Positions 40,126 to 51,720 of a stretch of 64,000 nucleotides of DNA are shown here, one piece after another. Made by a program: the position numbers and the translations under genes. The notes below the pieces were generated by a model that saw only the letters and a list, made by a program, of their open reading frames with translations, searched no databases and was not told where the DNA came from. Position 1 is the first letter of the stretch; the number at the start of each line of letters is the position of its first letter. Source of the DNA: Eledone cirrhosa (lineage: Eukaryota); assembly GCA_964016885.1 (NCBI GenBank), contig OZ024742.1, positions 371,256,001 through 371,320,000 on the forward strand, given 5' to 3'.

Positions 40126-42400
40126 TCATCATCATCATCATCATCAACGTTTAACGTCCGTGTTCCACGCTTGCATGGGTTTGGACGGGGGTTTTCCCAC
40201 TTGAGGCAAGAGTGATTGTCTTGCTCGCATAGGACTGTCTGGCGGGTTTTCTACAGCTGGATGCCCTTCCTAACACCAACCACATTTACAGTGTGGGTCT
40301 GGGAGGTTTTTACCGTGTTGCCTACACGGCCACATTACAGCGTGGACTGTGTGTTTTTTGTCGTGACACCTACACGATCTCATTTGTTTCAACCAGGATG
40401 TTGTGGCACCAACATAACTTTACATTGAAAGGGGCGGTGGGGGTGGTGGGACGGGGGTGTGTTTTGTTAGAGATGCCTACTGACTGTAGTAGGTTTTACT
40501 TTGTATTTAGGTAAGGCGGGTCTTCTCTATTACTGAGTACCGTCAAAGGTCTCGGTCCAGTGACATTGTCTTGGAGAGGTGTAAGCGTGTGAGGTCGGAA
40601 TTTATCATGTCGTCCCAGGTTTTTCTGGGTCTGCCTACTCCGTGGCTACCGTCTATCTTTATTGCCCTGCACTTTGTTATACAGCTGTCGTCTTTCATGC
40701 GCATCACGTGACCATACCAACGTAGCCTTCTCTCGAGTAAACAACATCTGATCCCTCTTATTTCTAATTTTTTCCTTAGTTCGTTTATGCTTAGCTGTTC
40801 ACGTATATTACTATTACACATCCAGCGGAGCATGCAAGCTTCGTTCCTCTCTAGTCTGCGTATATCCTCTGCACACAATGCCCAGGTCTCACTGCCATGC
40901 AACATTGCTGTTCGTATGCAGGCATCATATAACCTGCCTTTCATTTTTAGGGAGAACCCTTTAGCGGCTAATAGTGGTATAAGCTCTCTGAACTTTTTCC
41001 ATCCAGTTCTGACTCTAGCTACTGTACTTTCAGAGCACCCTCCCCCACTGCTGATTTTGTCACCCAGGTAACGGAAGCTGTCCACTATTTCTATAGAACC
41101 CTCTGCGCAATTGAAAGAGCTAATATTTTGTGGGCACTTGCTGCTACTTATTGCACCAGAGCACCGGCCACATGTAAAATCTATGTTCTTAGTTAGCTTA
41201 CCTGTGATCCCACTACATCTTTTATGCACCCATACTTTGCATTTGGGACATAAAATGGAGTTTCTACCTACGCCTTTCCTACACACTGAGCATGGCCATT
41301 TCCTGGAAGGGACCGCCGCCTTATTTTCTTTCCTACAAACTAGAACTTTAGTCTTAGCCAGGTTAATTTTAAGGCCTTTTGATTCTAGGCCGTGCTTCCA
41401 TGTTTGGAATTTCTTCTCTAGCTCGGTCATTCATTCAGCTATGAGCGTTAGATCATCTGCGTATAGGAGTTCCCATGGGCAGCCGGTCTTGAACTCCTCT
41501 GTTATAGTCTGAAGGGCAATAATAACTAGTAGGGGGCTAAGAACAGAGCCCTGATGGACACCAACTTTTACGCTAAACTCTTCACTATATTCGTTGTTAA
41601 TTCTAACCTTGCTGACCGTTTCTTTATACATGGCTTGTATAGCTCTCACAAGCCATTCGTCAACACCTAGTTTTCTAAGAGCCCACCAGATAATGGAACG
41701 GGGGGACTCTGTCGAAGGCTTTCTCCAAGTCAACAAAAGCTAAGTATAGGGGTTTACTTTTAGCTAGGTACTTCTCCTGTAGTTGTCGTACAATGAAAAG
41801 AGCGTCTGTGGTACTTTTGCCTGACACAAACCCGAACTGGATTTCATCTAGATCAATTCTCTCTCTGATTAGTTGCGCTATTACTTTTTCCGTGACCTTC
41901 ATGACCTGGTCGATTAATTTAATGCCTCTATAGTTACACCTATCTAGGGCATCTCCTTCACCCTTGTAACAGTTAATGATGATGCTGCTATGCCAGTCCT
42001 TCGGAACAACCCCATTCTGTATGACTTGGTTTACTATCCGGGTGACCATGGTGTGTCCCACCGTTCCAGAGGCTTTCAGCATCTCAGCAACTATTTCCGA
42101 AGGCCCAGCCGCCTTACCCGTCTTCATATCTTTGATTGCCTTACTTATTATACTACCTTCGACTAACACTGCTGGTCCCTCTATTGGGTCGATGTGGGGG
42201 AGACTGTCTTTCTCCCATTTGTTCTCCTCATTTAGAAGCCTTTCGTAGTGACACTTCCAAGCTACCTTCTTATCAGCGTCAGTGATGGCAAGTATGCCAT
42301 CATCATTAAGTACACACTTCTCCCCGACAATATCACGGTTTTCCTTGACACATTGCCTGGCAATCCTGAACACCTCACGTTTTTGGTCCTCACAAGAGGA
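40126..42400 (-). mobile_element. 5'-truncated RTE-type LINE (reverse transcriptase ORF disrupted)
   Basis: RT motifs NYRGIKL, QFGF, AFVDLEKAFDRVP, GVHQGSVLSPLL and LLYADDL, followed by a Cys-rich insert and RLRWYGHV. Frameshift near 41700, stop at 41431-41433, and a (TGA)n tail (tcatcatca on +) at about 40126-40145. Confidence 0.93.
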
Positions 42401-42464
42401 AAATAATTGAAATTAATTATGAAAAAGTGATTTTAGTTGACAGTAATGAGTTTTTCTAATTCAG

Positions 42465-42607
42465 GTCCTCACACCAGCTCGACGGGTTTCTAAAGAAGAC
42501 TGGAATGAGTGGCTGCGACAGTTAAATATTGAGCTCTTAAAGGAATCCCCAGTGCCATCATTACGTTCATGTTGGGCTCTGGCTCAAGTACACAACCAGC
42601 TAGCAAG
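42465..42607 (+). CDS. MTOR: TOR exon: VLTPARRVSKEDWNEWLRQLNIELLKESPVPSLRSCWALAQVHNQLA(R)
   Basis: cag|GTC...AG|gtaag, 143 nt, phase 0/2. Contains the RVSK.DW.EWLR and SLRSCWALAQ motifs. Confidence 0.95.
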
Positions 42608-43212
42608 GTAAGCTTTGTATTTTGTTAATGTTGTTAGGACTCACACCTGTGCTGGTGTAGTTGTATCTAATAAGAAGTTTCAAGGGGCTCAGTTATATCA
42701 CGTATGTATGGACATAATTCCGATGCTCTCATTCTGACCACCACCCTTTCTATCATGTTAGTATTTTATATTTTCTGTCATGACAAAACCCTTTAGTATT
42801 TACATTACTCTATATTTACTTTTGTATTTTCACGGTAAAGGCTTTGTCGCATGATATTGAATCTGAGATTTTGATGATGTTATTTATTTTGAAAAATTAA
42901 TAGGGTGGGGGTATTATTTGGGATCTGAGAGTATGTATAAATCATTTATTTCATTTGTCCTGTGTCATAAGAGGTGATTAGGACATTTGGTCATAAAACA
43001 TTGCCTCAGCAAGGACTGCGGGATTATGATAGGTCTATGATGGGGCCTACTTGAGATCATTTATTTCATTATGAAATCTATTTTGTTGTTTTAATAAATT
43101 AGGGGGGGGGGGGGGTAATGTGGGGGTTCTTATTTATTTTTGTTTTATAGTATTTATACCAATGAGATTTTAAGTCTTTCTTTTTCTCTCTCCATCACTG
43201 TTCCAATGGTAG

Positions 43213-43375
43213 AGATTTGTTAAACCCAGCCTTTGTATCCTGTTGGACGAACCTGAATGAAAGCCAGCAGGATGAACTAGTGCAGTGTCTGGAGAATGCA
43301 CTAAATTCTCAGGAGATACCAGAAGTCACACAAACACTTCTGAATTTAGCTGAATTTGTTGAACACTGTGATAAG
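43213..43375 (+). CDS. MTOR: TOR exon: [23 protein letters not shown]...[15 protein letters not shown]
   Basis: tag|AGAT...AAG|gtttg, 163 nt, phase 2/0. Contains the AFVSCW and LLNLAEF motifs. Confidence 0.95.
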
Positions 43376-43431
43376 GTTTGTTCTCATGATTTTTACAGTT
43401 TCACTCTCTTCCACCAACATTTTACATTTAA

Positions 43432-43953
43432 CCCTTTAGATAGTAAAATGCCTGAAACTGATCCTGGTTCTATGATACTAAGTTGTTTATTTTAAAGTGT
43501 TTATAAGTTGTAATAGTTTGCTTGAAGCATTGTGGAATCTCAAACTGAAATGTGTGAATGTGTGTTTAGGAAGCTGTACAATACAAGTGGGTTAGATTAC
43601 CAAGATAATAAGTCAGAAGGGAATTGAGAAAGGATGTAAAACTGGAAGAAGGAAAATAAAAGTGGAAGAATAACTAAAAGTTACCATAGCAATTTAATAT
43701 TAAATTGCTATGGTAACTTTTTACCTTCGCAATCTAACCCACTAGCATTGTACAGCTTTCTAAACGCACATGCCCACTGTAAAGTGTTTATATTTATCTT
43801 AAAACTTTCCGTCATAAATTTGTCTTTTAAACATCAGTTTAATAATGAGAAATTTACTTATGTTAACTAAACCCTTCCAAATTCTTCATTAGATACAAAA
43901 TGATTTGAAGATCCTAGGCAATGTCAATCATTAGAAATATGGTAACAAAAGGG
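43432..43953. mobile_element. piggyBac-type MITE carrying a nested fold-back insert
   Basis: TTAA-CCCTTTAGATAG ... GGTAACAAAAGGG-TTAA. The right end matches the TIR of the piggyBac at 37203-39726. Confidence 0.65.
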
Positions 43954-44027
43954 TTAAACTGTTAAGGCTATTATTGTCTTGTCTTATTTATTATCGTAAT
44001 TTGTTTACATTAATATATGTTGTATAG

Positions 44028-44161
44028 GGTCCACTACCACTGGAACTGAAAGTCCTGTCTCAACGAGCCATGCGCTGTCGAGCCTATGCAAAAGCATTGC
44101 ACTACAAAGAGGATGAATTCCATCGAGCTCAGACGCGAGACACCCTTGAAGCCCTCATCAG
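44028..44161 (+). CDS. MTOR: TOR exon: GPLPLELKVLSQRAMRCRAYAKALHYKEDEF...LEALI(S)
   Basis: tag|GGT...AG|gtaac, 134 nt, phase 0/2. Contains the hallmark CRAYAKALHYKE motif. Confidence 0.97.
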
Positions 44162-45045
44162 GTAACTTCAGCATACTTCTTTAATTCTTAATGTCCTGTA
44201 CCATATGAAACTGCATTAGCAAAACATTCTTGAAAAATGTAAAAGAGTGCCTGGCTTTCTGTGTTGGTCTGGGTTAAATTGGAAAGATAAGTTATGGTAC
44301 ACCCTGGCTTTCTATGTTAACATACAATGGATGGTGGAAGGGTGTAACGGGGGAACTAAGGTGAAGATTGATGCAGGGAAATTAAGAATATGTTGACAGG
44401 GACCTAAGGTGAAGGTTGATATGGAGCAATAGAGAGTATGTTGATAGGGACCTAAATGTTGTTCCACCGGTTCTAAGGTAGGGATAAGATCAACATAACC
44501 TTTTCTCCCATCACCCCTCATTTGTCTCCATTTTATCTCTAAGGCTGATATGACAGTTGTTAGAGCAAAGGACTAAACACCTTGTAATATTTCTTCCAGC
44601 TTTTTAAACTTTGAGTTCAAATCCCATCAAGGTCAACTTTACCTTATATCTTTTTAGGGGTCGAACCAGTCCAGTGCATTGGCATTTGTTCTGGCTCTTT
44701 GCATTCTGAGTTCAAATCCCTCTGACCTACTGGGGTGGTAGACTTAATTTGTCACCCAGTTAAATGCCACCATCTCACCTTTGGGTTGTAAGCATTCTGT
44801 GGTTTGAGGATGTCTCCCACCTGAAAAGGGTCATGGGCACTGCCCTTCTCTCCCTGACTAAATAGTAAAAAACAAACTCTCCCACTTCATTTACTTCATG
44901 TCCACTACATCCAGTAGTGAAATTCCACCTCCACCACAACTATAATCTAAAGAGCCAAGTTGATTAACCCTTTCATTCCTATATTTCTAATGAAAAACTG
45001 CCTATGGATTTCAAATTGCTTTTCAATTTGTTGAGATTAGTAATA

Positions 45046-45561
45046 TGAGGGGACTTCAAAAAGTTTGTTGAAAAAGTACATAGCTAAAAATCATATGCAG
45101 GGATTTTGATCTCGATGCACAAGTATGTTCTTGTACTAACGTGTCATAACATGTTCTAATATGAACCCTTAAATGCATGTTGCAACGTGATGCTGCTAGT
45201 CAGAAGTCAGTACCCACACGAGCAACATGACCTCTATCAAAACATCAAATACTTGGTGAAGCTAGGGTAGAAGAGCAGCCAAATCATTGATGTTCTCCAA
45301 CAGGTTTATGGGGACAATGCCCCAAAGAAATCAACAACCTACAAATGGATAAGTTGTTTTAGAAGTGGAAGAGATGAGGTTGAAGATGTAAAAAAAGCTG
45401 CTTTGACATGGTTTAAATTACACAGATGGAATTAAAGGCTGGTATCAATGTTTGCAGAAGTGTATTGACCTAGATGGAGCATATGTTGAAAAAATAAACA
45501 TAACTTAAAACTGTTTTTTCCAACTGTCCTTTTCCCACGAACATTTTTGAACCACCCCCCG
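45046..45561 (+). mobile_element. Internally deleted mariner element
   Basis: Imperfect TIRs (tgaggggacttcaaaaagtt / acatttttgaaccaccccccg) with TA flanks. An HTH remnant (IIDVLQQVYGDNAPKKSTTYKWISCFRSGR) is joined to a C-terminal remnant (QKCIDLDGAYVEK). Confidence 0.78.
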
Positions 45562-45684
45562 TATAACTTTCTCATTATTGAGCTGGTGTATGGAACATAA
45601 CTTAACACAAGCTCCCTACATAATTTAATCTGTTCTGTTGAAACTAGAATAGTTCATATGTTCCTTGTCTTTCGACTATTTCAG

Positions 45685-45763
45685 CATCAACAATAAACTA
45701 CAACAACATGAAGCAGCAGCTGGAGTTCTGGAATATGCTCGGAAGAACCGTCTTGCAGATTTG
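45685..45763 (+). CDS. MTOR: TOR exon: INNKLQQHEAAAGVLEYARKNRLADL
   Basis: cag|CATC...TTG|gtcagt, 79 nt, phase 2/0. Contains the SINNKLQQ.EAA.GVLEYA motif. Confidence 0.95.
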
Positions 45764-46362
45764 GTCAGTATTTTAGTTTTTCCTATTGGCTGGTTGTTCT
45801 TATCCCCCACCCCTCGTGCCTCCACCGTCCCTCCGCCACCCCTCTCGTTCCCTACCATCCCTCTCGGCCCCACCATCCTCATCACCCCCATCAACCCCCT
45901 CTCACCCCACCCCTTCATTAGTTGTAGTCTGGTGAGATAGTTTATGGTTTCCTTCTTGTAAGAGTTTAAGTTGTAGGAATTATTGTTTATATATCTTCAT
46001 ATCATCTTCTCATCATCATCATCATCATCATCATTCCCTACCAGCAAGGGTTATAAATATATTGTATTTCAAGATGGCTGGCTAACAATGTGCTTTCTCT
46101 CCTTTCTACTGCTTCCTCCTCCCTTGTTTTATTTTTGTTCTTGTCTGTCTTCCTTTTAAACTTCTCTTTCTCAAATATCCTTTCTCCTCTCTTCCGATGA
46201 AGGACTGGCATCTGAAATATAAAGATTCTCTTTCAACTACATCAAGCATTAACCTAACATATCATCATTGCATTCTATTGTTCTCTTCTGTTATTTTCCT
46301 TTAACTTACATTATAAAAACTGCTACGCCTGCGCCATGGAAATAGTTTTAGAGTTGTTTTAA

Positions 46363-47836
46363 CCCTTTAGCATTCACATTGAATTGTCAAATGTCATGTT
46401 CATCTATTCGCATTATTTTCACTTAATTATACTCAAGAGGGTTATCAATTTTATTTGTTTGCACATAGAAAATTAAAGTAATTACAGACTTGAAATTTTG
46501 TCAGTAGATATTTAAATAACTATAATTTACAATTATATATTTTTACCTGATTTTTTTTTTTTTTTGTTAAATTTGACTTTTATGGGCAGGTGAAATTAAT
46601 TAACAGGTGTAAAAGTAATAACTTTATGGATAAACACACAAATTTAAATTTTATCTGCCTTATCTGTTAGATTTGTTGCAAAAAAATCCAATAATGACCT
46701 AGATGCTGATTTCCATCAATTCTAGCAGTTTTCCGAACAGGTGAATTAATTAAAAATGCAGGTGTAATCAGTACAAGGTTTTAGTCTTTCTCTACATTCC
46801 AGGCAAATATTTTCATTGAAAAAACTGTATAAAACCTTTTCACCGGTCAAAATAATATTGGCAATGTACTCTGTAAATGTACGGTGTAAAATTACGTAAC
46901 AGAAAGTTCCCAATATATAAGTTTATACACACTTTTAAATTTTTCTGACAATATTTCAATTAATGGTCGTACTTTGTACAGTGGGTCGTAATTCGATTCA
47001 TTTCTACCAGGGGCATTTGAAGTATCAACCAGATGCAAATACTGGTTTAATTTAATGAATCTCGTTTTTGCCATAATACTAGATATATAAGGGTCACCAA
47101 ACCTTATATCAGTACTACAATAATTCCACAGTCGTGGAAATTGTTTAATACCAAACATAATATTTATGGTAAAAAACGCTTACATTTCGGCAGAATCTGT
47201 CGGACGCCATAACAGATCGGGTTTTCCGATATTAGAAATTTGTTGTTGTGCATAGCGATTTGCCACAACTTCGAAGAAAGTTTGTGGTAAAAATTAAAAA
47301 TAATAATCCAGTGCTTTAGCATCGGGTGGTAATGTGTGTTGTGGTCCAATATTTTCAGTAAAATCCGAAACATGTATCGATGTTGTTTCTTTCAACCACG
47401 TTGTTGTTTTTTCAATGGTGTCAGTCAAATCTTCTCTTTCACTTTCAAAGTAACTATCATCATTATCAGATATATCAGAAATAAATATATCTGATTCGTT
47501 TGAAGATAAATCAGATATTATCTTCTGTTTCTTTTTGATCTCGAATGTCGTCGGACGTAAAACCTTCAAATTCGTTGTCGCTACTTTCGGAAGCCATGTT
47601 ACACTTTCAACGTTAAAAACACGTGTTATCGCAAGTTCTTTAACTATACTAAGAGTTAATTTTCGCGCGTAAGGGCTTTATCTCGCAGTAATCTCGAATT
47701 GACGAGATTTCGATGATGTCAATGTTTATTTTTAGAAGGAAATCTCCGTGTGGTATTAAATGTCGGTTTTTGTCGCTTTGAATAAATGAAAGGGGATATA
47801 ATCTTGTCGGTTTTTGTCGCTTTGAATGCTAAAGGG
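46363..47836 (-). mobile_element. Internally deleted piggyBac element (second family)
   Basis: Perfect 14-bp TIRs CCCTTTAGCATTCA / TGAATGCTAAAGGG with TTAA on both sides. The minus strand carries only the N-terminal part of a transposase (KALDYYF, RFIKLNQYLH, YDPLYKVRPLI). A subterminal direct repeat lies at 47761 and 47805. Confidence 0.9.
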
Positions 47837-47861
47837 TTAAATCTCTGATTTTCTGCTTCAG

Positions 47862-47998
47862 ATCGAGGAAACTTGGTATGAGAAACTGCATGAATGGGAG
47901 AAGGCTTTGAAGGCCTACGAGAAGAAACAGGAAACTCATCCTGATGACAAGAATTGCATTCTGGGAAGAATGCGTTGTCTGGAAGCTTTAGCAGAATG
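47862..47998 (+). CDS. MTOR: TOR exon: IEETWYEKLHEWEKALKAYEKKQE...LGRMRCLEALAE(W)
   Basis: cag|ATC...TG|gtatg, 137 nt, phase 0/2. Contains the TWYEKLHEWE and LGRMRCLEAL motifs. Confidence 0.96.
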
Positions 47999-48249
47999 GT
48001 ATGTTAATATTTCAGTAATGAAATGCCTGTTTGTCTATCCGTCTACGTCTCTACATCTCTCTCTGTCTCGCTACATATGAAATGTTACTATACTAGACCA
48101 ATGTCCTATATAGGTTGTCATGTTGAGACAATTCAGGCCAGGTGACCATGACTTGCTCATACGGATCTGTATTTTGTCTTGGTTTCTATAGCTCAATGTC
48201 CTTCCTAACGCCAACCACGTTAGTGTATCTTTGTACCTAATTAGTCATC

Positions 48250-48655
48250 TTCCCCTCTCCTCAAATTACTGGCTTTGTACCTAGATAAACTTCCCCTACC
48301 CTCAAATTACTGGCCCTATACCTAGATAAACTTCCCCTACCCTCAAATTACTGGCTTTGTACTTAGATAAACTTCCCCTTCCCTCAAATTACTGGCCTTG
48401 TACCTAGATAAACTTCCCCTACCCTCAAATTACTGGCCTTGTACCTAGATAAACTTCCCCTACCCTCAAATTACTGGCCTTGTACCTAGATAAACTTCCC
48501 CTACCCTCAAATTACTGGCCTTGTACCTAGATAAACTTCCCCTTCCCTCAAATTACTGGCTTTGTACCTAGATAAACTTCCCCTCCCCTCTGGCTTTGTA
48601 CTTAGATAAACTTCCCCTCTCCTCAAATTACTGGCCTTGTACCTAGATTAGAAAT
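48250..48655. repeat. 41-bp tandem repeat (AAACTTCCCCTACCCTCAAATTACTGGCCTTGTACCTAGAT), about 10 copies, derived from a SINE 3' end
   Basis: Period of 41 is read directly. The unit resembles the SINE tails at 53391-53430 and 53801-53850. Confidence 0.88.
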
Positions 48656-48729
48656 CATTGTTATAGATAAACTAATATTTCTGATGTTTTCTGGTGTCCA
48701 CATGATATAATGTGTTTCTTGTTGTGCAG

Positions 48730-48830
48730 GGGTTCTCTCAACCAACTTGCTAGTGATACATGGTGTATAGCAAATGATGAATTACGAACTAAGATGGCTC
48801 AGTTAGCCACAGCAGCTGCGTGGGGTCTAG
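48730..48830 (+). CDS. MTOR: TOR exon: GSLNQLASDTWCIANDELRTKMAQLATAAAWGL
   Basis: cag|GGGT...CTAG|gtttg, 101 nt, phase 2/1. Contains the AAAWGL motif. Confidence 0.93.
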
Positions 48831-49089
48831 GTTTGTTGCACCTTTCTTTAACATCCTCCTCCCCACTGTATGGTGTATAATAATGTAGAGGTGTGTATTG
48901 GATGTATTTTATTGATACCAGCACTAAAGGGTTGTCGCCCTTAGTAAGATGGAAGAGTCTTCTCTACCGTATATATTGTCTCCACTTTTTTATTTGTTTT
49001 CATTTTGAGTTTTCTTTCTTTTATATTATTGAATATTTTAATCACATCCTGCTCATTATCTTCAATAAATTCTGTACATTTGTTAACAG

Positions 49090-49205
49090 GGGACTGGAAC
49101 AGTATGGAAGACTACCTAACATTCATCCCACGAAACACTTATGAAAACTTCTTCTATAGAGCCGTCTTTTCTGTTCACAATGAGAACTACTCCCAAGCTT
49201 TTCAG
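49090..49205 (+). CDS. MTOR: TOR exon: (G)DWNSMEDYLTFIPRNTYENFFYRAVFSVHNENYSQAFQ
   Basis: cag|GGGAC...CAG|gtaac, 116 nt, phase 1/0. Contains the W.SME.Y...IPR.T and FYRAV motifs. Confidence 0.93.
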
Positions 49206-49208
49206 GTA

Positions 49209-51479
49209 ACTACTAAAGTCACTATATGTACCACATTTACTACTAAAGTCACTATATGTGCCACATTTATTACTAAAGTCACTATACCTACCACATTTAC
49301 TACTAAAGTCACTATATGTACCACATTTACTACTAAAGTCACTATATGTACCACATTTACTACTAAAGTCACTATATGTACCACATTCACTACTAAAGTC
49401 ACTATATGTACCACATTTACTACTAAAGTCACTATATGTACCACATTCACTACTAAAGTCACTATATGTACCACATTCACTACTAAAGTCACTATATGTA
49501 CCACATTCACTACTAAAGTCACTATATGTACCACATTCACTACTAAAGTCACTATATGTACCACATTTACTACTAAAGTCACTATATATACCACATTCAC
49601 TACTAAAGTCACTCTATGTACCACATTCACTACTAAAGTCACTATATGTACCACATTTACTACTAAAGTCACTATATGTACCACATTTACTACTAAAGTC
49701 ACTATATATACCACATTCACTACTAAAGTCACTATATGTACCACATTCACTACTAAAGTCACTATATGTACCACATTCACTACTAAAGTCACTATATGTA
49801 CCACATTCACTACTAAAGTCACTATATGTACCACATTCACTACTAAAGTCACTATATATACCACATTCACTACTAAAGTCACTATATGTACCACATTCAC
49901 TACTAAAGTCACTATATCTGCCACATTTACTACTAAAGTCACTATATATACCACATTCACTACTAAAGTCACTGTCCCACATTCACTACTAAAGTCACTA
50001 TATGTACCACATTTACTACTAAAGTCACTCTATGTCCCACATTCACTACTAAAGTCACTATACCTACCACATTTACTACTAAAGTCACTATATCTGCCAC
50101 ATTCACTACTAAAGTCACTATATGTACCACATTCACTACTAAAGTCACTATATCTGCCACATTCACTACTAAAGTCACTATATGTACCACATTCACTACT
50201 AAAGTCACTATGTACCACATTTACTACTAAAGTCACTATATGTACCACATTCACTACTAAAGTCACTATATGTACCACATTCACTACTAAAGTCACTATA
50301 TGTACCACATTCACTACTAAAGTCACTATATCTGCCACATTTACTACTAAAGTCACTATATGTACCACATTCACTACTAAAGTCACTATATGTACCACAT
50401 TCACTACTAAAGTCACTATATGTACCACATTTACTACTAAAGTCACTCTATGTACCACATTCACTACTAAAGTCACTATGTACCACATTCACTACTAAAG
50501 TCACTATATGTACCACATTTACTACTAAAGTCACTGTCCCACATTCACTACTAAAGTCACTATATGTACCACATTCACTACTAAAGTCACTATATCTGCC
50601 ACATTTACTACTAAAGTCACTATATATACCACATTCACTACTAAAGTCACTATATGTACCACATTTACTACTAAAGTCACTATATGTACCACATTTACTA
50701 CTAAAGTCACTATGTACCACATTCACTACTAAAGTCACTATATGTACTACATTTAGTACTAAAGTCACTATATGTGCCACATTCACTACTAAAGTCACTA
50801 TATGTACCACATTCACTACTAAAGTCACTATGTACCACATTTACTACTAAAGTCACTATATGTACCACATTCACTACTAAAGTCACTATATGTACCACAT
50901 TCACTACTAAAGTCACTATATGTACCACATTCACTACTAAAGTCACTATATGTACCACATTCACTACTAAAGTCACTATATGTACCACATTCACTACTAA
51001 AGTCACTATATGTACCACATTCACTACTAAAGTCACTATATGTACCACATTCACTACTAAAGTCACTATATGTACTACATTTACTACTAAAGTCACTATA
51101 TGTACCACATTCACTACTAAAGTCACTATATGTACCACATTCACTACTAAAGTCACTATGTACCACATTCACTACTAATGTCACTATGTACCACATTTAC
51201 TACTAAAGTCACTATATGTACCACATTTACTACTAAAGTCACTATATATACCACATTCACTACTAAAGTCACTATATGTACCACATTTATTACTAAAGTC
51301 ACTATATGTACCACATTTACTACTAAAGTCACTATATGTACCACATTCACTACTAAAGTCACTATGTACCACATTCACTACTAAAGTCACTATGTACCAC
51401 ATTTACTACTAAAGTCACTATATGTACCACATTTACTACTAAAGTCACTATATGTACCACATTCACTACTAAAGTCATT
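49209..51479. repeat. 30-bp tandem satellite (ACTACTAAAGTCACTATATGTACCACATTY), about 76 copies, with 28- and 25-bp variants
   Basis: Period is read directly. It starts within the splice donor context of the preceding exon. Confidence 0.96.
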
Positions 51480-51642
51480 AGTTTCTTATATACATCAGAA
51501 ACTCACAAGCTATACTTTATGTATTATGTACATTTGTTATTCTTGTGTATACTCAAATATACAAATACACATACACACTGTGTTCTTGAGCAAGATACTT
51601 CATTTCTTTATGATGTCATTATATATTTCTATTTTTGCTCAG

Positions 51643-51720
51643 TTTATTGACAAAGCCCGGGATATTTTAGACACAGAGTTAACAGCAATGGCAGGAGAAA
51701 GTTATGCAAGAGCATATGGA
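51643..51720 (+). CDS. MTOR: TOR exon: FIDKARDILDTELTAMAGESYARAYG
   Basis: cag|TTT...GGA|gtaag, 78 nt. FAT-domain motif ELTAMAGESY.RAYG. Confidence 0.96.

Noticed and set aside
49202-51402. Mucin-like or other repeat ORFs in several frames
   Set aside because: They are translations of the 30-bp minisatellite. Normal splicing 49205->51643 restores the TOR sequence.
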